NCBI RefSeq assembly: GCF_008065095.1
Contig: NZ_CP042911.1
Span: forward strand, 5,790,001 to 5,822,000
Reading direction: 5' to 3'
From: Gemmata obscuriglobus
Lineage (GTDB): Bacteria > Planctomycetota > Planctomycetia > Gemmatales > Gemmataceae
DNA length: 32,000 nucleotides
Part shown: piece after piece, positions 24,503 to 31,179 of the stretch
How positions within the stretch are numbered: the stretch's first letter is position 1
How the letters are laid out: each line of letters opens with the position of its first letter
The notes under the pieces: model-generated
The model's database searches: none
What the model saw: the letters and a program-made list of their open reading frames with translations, nothing else
Told to the model about the DNA's origin: nothing
Position numbers and translations under genes: made by a program

Positions 24503-26299
24503 ATGGAACACAGGTACGGCATCGCGGTTTCCCCCGGCATCGCCATCGGCCCGGCCCTCGTGCTGGACTCCGAGGGCGTGCTCATTTCCCACCGGACCGT
24601 GCCGCCCGAGCAGGCGGACGCCGAAGTGGCCCGGCTGTACCGCGCCCTGGACGAGACCGCCGCGACCGCCCGCGCGGACCGCGAGCGGATGACCGCCCGG
24701 CTCGGCTCGGCCCTCGGCAACATCTACGGCGCCCAGCAGTCGATGATCGAGAGCGGGTGGCTCCGCGAGCAGATCGAGGTGCGCATCCGGGCGGAGAGCT
24801 ACTCCGCCGAGTACGCCGTCAGCCGGGTCATCCGCGACATGGTGAAGCGGCTCGAAGAGGTGATCGCGCTGCGCACCAACTCGGGCGCCTCGGACGCCCG
24901 CCGCAGCGTGACCGAGTTCATCGACGTCGAGCGGCAGGTGCTCTCCGCGCTGCTCGGGCACCCCGGCAACCCGTTCGCCAACCTGACCGAGCCGGTCATC
25001 GTTCTGGCGAACGACCTGATGCCGTCGGACACCGCCGACTTCGGCCCGCGCACGATCCACGCCTTCGCCACCGAGAGCGGCGGGAACACGAGCCACACGG
25101 CGATCCTGGCCGGCGCGCTGGAGCTGCCCGCGGTCGTCGGCATCGGCCGGTTCCTCACGGACGTGTCCGGGGGCGACACCGTCATCGTGGACGGGAGCGA
25201 GGGCGTCCTCGTCATCGACCCCGACGAGGAGACCCTCGCCAAGTACCGGGAGAAGCGGGCCAAACTGCTGACCCGCCAGGACCGGTACGAGCACCTGCGC
25301 GACAAGCCGTCCGTCACCGCGGACGCGGTGCCCGTTCCGATCCGGCTGCTGGGCAACATCGAGCTGGCCCAGGAGGCGGCCCACTGCCTCGACCGCGGCG
25401 CGGAGGGTGTCGGGCTGTACCGGACCGAGTTTCTGTACCTCAACAAGTCGGCGCACCCGACCGAGGAGGAGCACTACGCGGCCTACGCGTCGGTCCTCGG
25501 CACGCTCGGCTCGAACCGGCCGGTCGTCATCCGCACGCTCGACCTGGGCGCCGACAAGTTCTCCAGCGTGTCGGGCGCGGTCGCGAACGAGAAGAACCCG
25601 TTCCTGGGCCTGCGCAGCGTCCGGCTGTGCCTCCGCCAGCGCGAGCTGTTCGTCACGCAACTGCGGGCCATCTTGCGGGCCGGGCTGCTGGGCGACGTGC
25701 GCGTCATGTTCCCGATGATCAGCACGGCCGACGAGTTGCGGCAGTGTAAGACGCTGCTGAACGACGTGAAAGAGGAGCTGGAGTACGCCGGAATCCCCTT
25801 CAAACGCGACCTGCGGGTCGGTACAATGATCGAAGTGCCGTCCGCCGCACTGCTCGCGGACGTGCTGGCGCGCGAGGTGGACTTCTTCTCGATCGGGACC
25901 AACGACCTGATCCAGTACACGCTCGCGGCCGACCGAAATAACGAACACGTGGCGAACCTGTACAGCCCGGCGGACCCGGCGGTGCTGCGGCTGATCCGGA
26001 TGGTGGTGCAGGCGGCGCAGAAGGAAAAGGAACACGGGAAGCGGGCGTTCGACGTGAACGTGTGCGGGGAGATGAGCGGCGAGCCGCTCTACATCCCGCT
26101 GCTGGTTGGCCTGGGCCTGCGGCAGTTCAGCGCGACGCCCCGCAAGATCCCGGAAATCAAGCGGGTGATCCGTGAGTTGCGGATTCCCGAAGCGGAAGAA
26201 GTCGCCCGGCGCGCCCTGGCGATGGAATCCGCGAGCCAGGTGACGAGTTACTTACGCGACCATTTACGCAAAATGCTCCCCTCGGAGGCGGTCGATTGA
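24503..26299 (+). CDS. ptsI: Phosphoenolpyruvate-protein phosphotransferase (PTS Enzyme I), with no N-terminal GAF domain
   Basis: The ORF is 24434..26299. I prefer ATG 24503 (MEHRYGIAVSPGIAIGPALVL). The active-site block is GGNTSHTAILAGALELPAVVG. The PEP-binding blocks are GVGLYRTEFLY, IRTLDLGADK, FFSIGTNDLIQYTLA and VCGEMSGEP. Confidence 0.92.
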   Translation: MEHRYGIAVSPGIAIGPALVLDSEGVLISHRTVPPEQADAEVARLYRALDETAATARADRERMTARLGSALGNIYGAQQSMIESGWLREQIEVRIRAESYSAEYAVSRVIRDMVKRLEEVIALRTNSGASDARRSVTEFIDVERQVLSALLGHPGNPFANLTEPVIVLANDLMPSDTADFGPRTIHAFATESGGNTSHTAILAGALELPAVVGIGRFLTDVSGGDTVIVDGSEGVLVIDPDEETLAKYREKRAKLLTRQDRYEHLRDKPSVTADAVPVPIRLLGNIELAQEAAHCLDRGAEGVGLYRTEFLYLNKSAHPTEEEHYAAYASVLGTLGSNRPVVIRTLDLGADKFSSVSGAVANEKNPFLGLRSVRLCLRQRELFVTQLRAILRAGLLGDVRVMFPMISTADELRQCKTLLNDVKEELEYAGIPFKRDLRVGTMIEVPSAALLADVLAREVDFFSIGTNDLIQYTLAADRNNEHVANLYSPADPAVLRLIRMVVQAAQKEKEHGKRAFDVNVCGEMSGEPLYIPLLVGLGLRQFSATPRKIPEIKRVIRELRIPEAEEVARRALAMESASQVTSYLRDHLRKMLPSEAVD

Positions 26300-26543
26300 G
26301 GGCGGATTGTTCGGTCAGCCGCGGGGCACCTAAACCGCTGTGACCGGTCCGCCCCGTCGAATCGCGAACAGGGTCGGCGACGGCGTAGAGAGTGAAGCAC
26401 CCAATATGAAACGTGCCGTTAGCAGAACGGGAGCCGACTCCCCGCATGCGCTCGGCCCGTTTCTTTTTGCGCGCCCTCACGCTCTCACGTCTCCGGCCCC
26501 GCTCGCACACCGACCGGAGGGGTATTGGAGGGGCTTGCCTTTG

Positions 26544-26633
26544 GGGAAGTCAAAAGTTGAAAGACAAAAGGCAAAAATTTAGAGGCGAACGCGCCTCGTT
26601 TTTTGCCTTTTGCCTTTCAGCTTTTGACTTCCC
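26544..26633. repeat. AT-rich near-perfect palindrome: 34-bp arms with 2 transition mismatches around a GC hairpin apex
   Basis: The arms are 26544-26577 GGGAAGTCAAAAGTTGAAAGACAAAAGGCAAAAA and 26600-26633 TTTTTGCCTTTTGCCTTTCAGCTTTTGACTTCCC. The apex is GAGGCG-aacg-CGCCTC. Weaker pairing continues outward to about 26537/26640. Confidence 0.9.
26582..26604 (+). terminator. Candidate intrinsic terminator at the apex of the palindrome (6-bp GC stem, 4-nt loop, T6). It is A-tract/T-tract symmetric, so potentially bidirectional.
   Basis: GAGGCGAACGCGCCTCGTTTTTT, ~280 nt downstream of the ptsI stop. The stem is short, so strength is uncertain. Confidence 0.45.
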
Positions 26634-26651
26634 GAAGGGTTGCCGGACCCG

Positions 26652-27521
26652 ATGCTCGGTGACAAGTTCCGCTTCCGGTTTTCCAAGTCGGGCGCGCTGC
26701 GGCTCGTGAGCCATCACGACCTGATGCGGTGCTCGGAGCGGATGCTGCGTCGCGCCGCCCTGCCGTTCAAGTCCACCGCCGGCTTCCACCCCACCCCCCG
26801 CTGGGTGTTCGCCCTCTCGGCCCCGCTCGGGGCCGTCTGTCACCACGAAGTCGTCGAACTCGAGTTGACCGAGCCCCGCGAAGCGGGCGAAGTGCTCGCG
26901 GCCCTCAACGCCCAAACGCCCCCCGGCCTCACGTTCACACACGTTCAAGTCGTGCCCATGAAGGCCACGGCCCGGCCGCGGCGCGTGGTGTACGAGCTGC
27001 CGCTGCCGCCCGATCGCGCCGCCGCAGCGGAGGCCGCCGCCGCGGCGCTGATGGCCGAACCGGGCGTGTGGGTCGAGCGGCTCAAACCCAGCCCCAAACG
27101 GCTCAACATTCGCCCGTACTTGCGGGGCGTGCGGGTGGAGGGCGTGGCGCCCCATGCCGGGCACGCACAGACCACACCCCCTTCCCTTCCCTCGGTGGGA
27201 GCGGATGCGGGGGCTTCTCCGCGGCTCGTGCTGGATTTGTGGGTTACGCAGACCGGGTCCGCACGGGCCGACGAACTGCTCTCCCTCCTCCGCCTCAAAG
27301 ACCTGATTGATGCCGGCGCGGTGCTGGAGCGCACCGCCGTCGAAATTCGTGACGAGATCACCGCGACCGATCCCGGGGACGTTCCCCCGGACGGCCCCGC
27401 GGACGCCGTGCCGCTCAGCGGCGCGGAAGCCGCCGCGCTCGCCGCGCGGCTCGAAGCCGAAGAGAGCCAAACCGCCGACCAGGCCTGGGGCGCGTCGCCC
27501 AACGGCCCGGTCGTCGAGTAG
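26652..27521 (+). CDS. DUF2344 / TIGR03936-family protein (radical-SAM-associated, function unknown)
   Basis: The ORF is 26640..27521 with a TTG start. I prefer ATG 26652. MLGDKFRFRFSKSGALRLVSHHDLMRCSERMLRRAALPFKSTAGFHPTPRWVFALSAPLG matches my memory of the conserved N-terminal block of this family (R-F-R-F-x-K-x-G-x-x-R-F-x-S-H-x-D...GF-x-P-x-P). Confidence 0.75.
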   Translation: MLGDKFRFRFSKSGALRLVSHHDLMRCSERMLRRAALPFKSTAGFHPTPRWVFALSAPLGAVCHHEVVELELTEPREAGEVLAALNAQTPPGLTFTHVQVVPMKATARPRRVVYELPLPPDRAAAAEAAAAALMAEPGVWVERLKPSPKRLNIRPYLRGVRVEGVAPHAGHAQTTPPSLPSVGADAGASPRLVLDLWVTQTGSARADELLSLLRLKDLIDAGAVLERTAVEIRDEITATDPGDVPPDGPADAVPLSGAEAAALAARLEAEESQTADQAWGASPNGPVVE

Positions 27522-27550
27522 CGAACACCCTGAGCACTAACGAGCACCAC

Positions 27551-30514
27551 ATGAAAAAGGAAATGCTGATCAACGTCCTCCAACCGGAGGAGTGCCGGAT
27601 CGCGATCGTCGAGGACGGGGTTCTGGAGGAACTCTACGTCGAGCGCGCGAGCCAGGAGAGCTACGTCGGGAACATCTACAAGGGCCGCATCGTCAACATC
27701 GAGCCGAGCATCCAGGCGGCGTTCGTGGACTTCGGCATCGGCCGCAACGGGTTCCTGCACGTGTCCGACGTGGACCCCGCGTACTACAAGCACCTGCTCT
27801 CGAAGGCGGACCTCGCCGAGTACGAGGCGGAACTGGAGCGCGAGTACGGCTCGGCCCCGGGCGGCGGCGGGCGTGACCGCGGCGCCCGCGGCGGGCGTGG
27901 CCGCGACCGCGGCCCGAAGCCGCCCCGCGAAATGACCTCGTGGCTCGAACCGCAACCGGCCGCGGCCCGCAACGAAGACCTGCTCGACGAGCCCGAGTTC
28001 GCGTCGGGCCTGGACGACATCCCGACGGCCGAGCCCGTTGCGGACGAAGGCGAGGCCGAGGCGGTGGCCGAAGTCGAAGAGGTCGAAACCGAAACGGTCG
28101 AGGTGGACGCGTTCGCGGAAGGTCTGGACGCGGAGCCCGAAGTGCCGGCGCCCGCGGCCCGGACGGCGGCCCCGCCCGCGGACGATGACGACGGGTTCGC
28201 GGAGGGTATCGAACCGGCCGCACCGGCGCCGAAACTGGTCGCGCCGCCGCCGCGCGTCGCGGCCCACACCCCGGTCGTGAAGAAGCCCGCGCCGGTGGAG
28301 GTTGAAGAGGACGAGTTCGGCGCGGGCATCGTGGACGCCGACGTGCCGCCGGCCCCGGCCGCCAAGCGCGAGCCCGAGGCCGCGCCGCCCGAGGTGGCCA
28401 AGGCGATCGACGCCCTCGACGCTGGGGAGCCGGTCGCACCGGTGGAGCCTCCGGAAGTGAGCCCGGCCCCAGAAGTCACGGAAGCGCCGGAGCCCGAGGC
28501 GAAGAAGCCGCGTGCCCGCCGCACGAAGCCGAAGGTCGAGGAGCCGGCCGCCGAGGAGCCGGCCACCGAAGCGAAGGCCAAACCGCGCACCCGTCGCAAG
28601 AAGAAAGAGGGCGACGGGGAGGGCGAGGGCGACGGCCCGGACGACAAGCCCAAGTACATGGGCGGCGCCGAGCGCCGCACGGCCGCCGGCGACGACGACG
28701 AAGGGGAGATCAAGCCGTTCTTCGACGACACCGGGTCGGCCGACTTCGACCCCGACGCGCCCAACGACCGGTTCGACGGCGGGCGGGCCGGTGACGACGG
28801 AACCGACCCCGCGGCCCGGCACGAGGACCGGTTCACCGAGGACCCGGAACCGGCCGAGGTCGCCGAGCAAGAGGCCCGCGACCTCGCACACGAGGCCGAA
28901 GCCGAGCCCGAGGTGACCGGGCGCGGGTTCAATGACGATTTCGACTCCGGCCGCAGCGACCGCGGCGGACGGGGCGACCGGGACCGCGGCGGGCGCGGCG
29001 GACGGGGCGACCGGGACCGCGGCGGGCGCGGCGGGCGCGGCAGCCGGGACAGGGACCGGCCCGGGGACCGCGGCAGCCGCGACGACCGCGGCCCGCGCAC
29101 CGGGGCGCCGGGCGGGTTCAAGGGCGGCAGCGGGCCGAAGGGCGGGCGCGACCGCGGGCTGCCGAAGCCGCCCATCCAGGAGATCTTCAAGCGCGGCCAG
29201 GAAGTCATCGTCCAGGTGATCAAGGAAGCGGTCGGCACCAAGGGGCCGACGCTCAGCACCTACGTGAGCATCGCGGGCAGGTACCTCGTGCTGATGCCGA
29301 GCCTGAACCGCGTCGGCGTGTCGCGCAAGATCGAGGACCACGACGCCCGCCGCCGGCTCCGCGAGATCATGTCCACCCTGGCCCCGCCCAAGGGCGTCGG
29401 GTTCATCGTCCGCACCGCCGCCGTCGACCGCGACGCGAAGGAACTCCAGAACGACCTCGCATACCTGCTGCGCCTGTGGCAGGTGGTGGTGAAGCGGCTG
29501 AAGCGCGTCGCCGGGCCGGTCGAGATCTATCGGGAGTCCGATATGATCACGCGTACCATACGCGACATCTTCACCTCGGACATCGACACCATCTGGGTGG
29601 ACGAGGCGAACGCGTTCGGGCACGCCAGCGAGTTCCTCCAGATCGTGATGCCGAAGTTCGCCAACCGGATCAAGCACTTCGACCACACGGAGCCGCTGTT
29701 CCACAAGTACAGCATCGAGGAGGAGATCGCGAAGATCCACCAGAAGCGCATCGAGATGCCGCTGGGCGGGTCGCTCGTCATCGAGCAGACGGAGGCGCTG
29801 GTCGCGATCGACGTGAACAGCGGGAACTTCCGCGCGGACAACAACGCGGAAGAGACCGCGTTCCAGATGAACCTGCACGCCGCGAAGGAGATCGCCCGCC
29901 AGCTCCGGCTGCGGGACCTCGGCGGGGTGATCGTGAACGACTTCATCGACATGCGGAGCGAGTCGCACCGCCGCAAGGTCGAGGACGCGTTCCGCGAGGC
30001 GCTGCGGCGGGACCGGGCGCGGACCAAGATCCTGCGGATCTCGCAGTTCGGGCTGATCGAGATGACCCGGCAGCGCATCCGGCCGAGCCTGAAGCGCAGC
30101 ATCTTCGCGGACTGCCCGCACTGCCGCGGGAACGGGTTCGTGAAGACCTCCGAGAGCCTGGCCATCGAGGTGATGCGGCTGCTGCACCTCGCGGCGCACC
30201 GCGCCCCGGCGGTGCAACTGGTGCAGGTGGCGGTCCACACGGACGCGGCCAGCTACCTGCTCAACAAGAAGCGCAAGGAGATCGCGGCGCTGGAAGAGCG
30301 CGGCAAGCTCGAGGTGAACATCACCGGGCAGCCCGGCATCTCGCCGGAGGCGCTCACGATCCGGTGCTTCGACCACAACGGGAACGAGGTGCGGCTGCTG
30401 CCGCCGGCCCCGCTGCCGAAGCTGAGCGCCGGCCGCATCCCGCCGCGCGACGACCGCCGCAGCGGGGGCGGGCGCGAGGACCGCGGCGCCCGATACCCGC
30501 GCCCGCTCGATTGA
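27551..30514 (+). CDS. rne: Ribonuclease E/G family endoribonuclease with a very large low-complexity insertion inside the S1 domain
   Basis: 987-aa ORF. The N-terminal S1 half is YVGNIYKGRIVNIEPSIQAAFVDFGIGRNGFLHV. The second S1 half resumes ~450 aa later at IQEIFKRGQEVIVQVIKEAVGTKGPTLSTYVSIAGRYLVLMP. The catalytic blocks are TEALVAIDVNSGNF and EIARQLRLRDLGGVIVNDFIDM. A Zn-link-like CPHCRGNG is present. Confidence 0.92.
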   Translation: MKKEMLINVLQPEECRIAIVEDGVLEELYVERASQESYVGNIYKGRIVNIEPSIQAAFVDFGIGRNGFLHVSDVDPAYYKHLLSKADLAEYEAELEREYGSAPGGGGRDRGARGGRGRDRGPKPPREMTSWLEPQPAAARNEDLLDEPEFASGLDDIPTAEPVADEGEAEAVAEVEEVETETVEVDAFAEGLDAEPEVPAPAARTAAPPADDDDGFAEGIEPAAPAPKLVAPPPRVAAHTPVVKKPAPVEVEEDEFGAGIVDADVPPAPAAKREPEAAPPEVAKAIDALDAGEPVAPVEPPEVSPAPEVTEAPEPEAKKPRARRTKPKVEEPAAEEPATEAKAKPRTRRKKKEGDGEGEGDGPDDKPKYMGGAERRTAAGDDDEGEIKPFFDDTGSADFDPDAPNDRFDGGRAGDDGTDPAARHEDRFTEDPEPAEVAEQEARDLAHEAEAEPEVTGRGFNDDFDSGRSDRGGRGDRDRGGRGGRGDRDRGGRGGRGSRDRDRPGDRGSRDDRGPRTGAPGGFKGGSGPKGGRDRGLPKPPIQEIFKRGQEVIVQVIKEAVGTKGPTLSTYVSIAGRYLVLMPSLNRVGVSRKIEDHDARRRLREIMSTLAPPKGVGFIVRTAAVDRDAKELQNDLAYLLRLWQVVVKRLKRVAGPVEIYRESDMITRTIRDIFTSDIDTIWVDEANAFGHASEFLQIVMPKFANRIKHFDHTEPLFHKYSIEEEIAKIHQKRIEMPLGGSLVIEQTEALVAIDVNSGNFRADNNAEETAFQMNLHAAKEIARQLRLRDLGGVIVNDFIDMRSESHRRKVEDAFREALRRDRARTKILRISQFGLIEMTRQRIRPSLKRSIFADCPHCRGNGFVKTSESLAIEVMRLLHLAAHRAPAVQLVQVAVHTDAASYLLNKKRKEIAALEERGKLEVNITGQPGISPEALTIRCFDHNGNEVRLLPPAPLPKLSAGRIPPRDDRRSGGGREDRGARYPRPLD
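28964..29050 (+). repeat. In-frame 33-nt tandem repeat (two identical copies plus one degenerate copy) encoding RGGRGDRDRGG units inside rne
   Basis: GGCGGACGGGGCGACCGGGACCGCGGCGGGCGC occurs at 28964-28996 and again at 28997-29029. A degenerate third unit follows. Confidence 0.9.
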
Positions 30515-30526
30515 TCGCGGGCCGTG

Positions 30527-30570
30527 CCGGTCGTATCCTGGAGCCCGTTGCGGCGCCACGATACGACCGG
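30527..30570 (+). other. Perfect 11-bp stem-loop 13 nt downstream of the rne stop (possible 3' stabiliser, terminator or processing site)
   Basis: CCGGTCGTATC-(22 nt)-GATACGACCGG. There is no clear U-tract. Confidence 0.4.
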
Positions 30571-30586
30571 TCTTACGGAGCACCCC

Positions 30587-31165
30587 GTGACCGACCTCTC
30601 CGACACCTGGGATCGTATCCACCACTGGCTCGCCGCGCACGCCCCGGCCGTGCTGGCGAGCCTCGCACCTCCCGCCACCGACGAGCAGTTCCGCCAAGTT
30701 GAAAGCGTCACGGGCACCGCGTTACCCGAACACGTCAAAGCGTGCTACCGCGTTCACAACGGTCAGGCCCCGTTTCACCGCGCGCCGGCATTCCTGTACG
30801 GGCACCGGTGGCACGGACTCGCGGACATGGCGGACTACTGGGAAACGCTTCACAGCCTGCGCGGCGAGTTCGCGGAGGTGCGTGGGGCGCCACGCGGGCC
30901 GATCCGCAAGGACTGGTGGCACCGCAAGTGGCTCCCCCTTACCCGCGACGGCGCGGGCGACCTGCACTGCCTGGACCTGTTCCCGCCGAAGCGCGGGCAC
31001 GTCGGCCAGGTCATTTACTGGTACCACGACGAGAGCGAACGGTTCGTCGTGGCGAACAGTCTGCCCGCGTGGCTCGCACTGTTCGCCGCCGAACTCGAAC
31101 GCGGCGAGTTCACCACCGCACCGGACACGCACGGCCCCGGGCTGGTCCGTGTCCGCGATCTGTGA
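30587..31165 (+). CDS. SMI1/KNR4 (SUKH-1 superfamily) protein
   Basis: The ORF is 30524..31165 with a GTG start. I prefer the GTG at 30587 because GGAG lies 6 nt upstream and the earlier codons form the hairpin above. The family blocks are VESVTGTALPEHVKACYRVHNGQ, WLPLTRDGAGDLHCLDL and QVIYWYHDE. Confidence 0.75.
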   Translation: MTDLSDTWDRIHHWLAAHAPAVLASLAPPATDEQFRQVESVTGTALPEHVKACYRVHNGQAPFHRAPAFLYGHRWHGLADMADYWETLHSLRGEFAEVRGAPRGPIRKDWWHRKWLPLTRDGAGDLHCLDLFPPKRGHVGQVIYWYHDESERFVVANSLPAWLALFAAELERGEFTTAPDTHGPGLVRVRDL

Positions 31166-31179
31166 TTCCGGAGTTGCCG

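Noticed and set aside
26300-26543. Possible small RNA gene between ptsI and the palindrome, ending at the 26582-26604 terminator.
   Set aside because: I could not identify a promoter or a convincing conserved-looking structure beyond weak 6-bp stems. It is left as part of the palindrome finding rather than called as an ncRNA.
28964-29050. Tandem 33-nt DNA repeat that might be taken for a VNTR or CRISPR-like non-coding repeat.
   Set aside because: It is in frame inside rne and encodes RGGRGDRDRGG units. It is a coding low-complexity expansion, not an independent element.
26945-30697. 1250-aa ORF on the minus strand, the longest in the track.
   Set aside because: It is antisense to the well-supported DUF2344 and RNase E genes. 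Its translation is Arg/Gly/Ala/Pro-rich with no recognisable motifs, which is a typical stop-codon-poor shadow frame of very GC-rich DNA.
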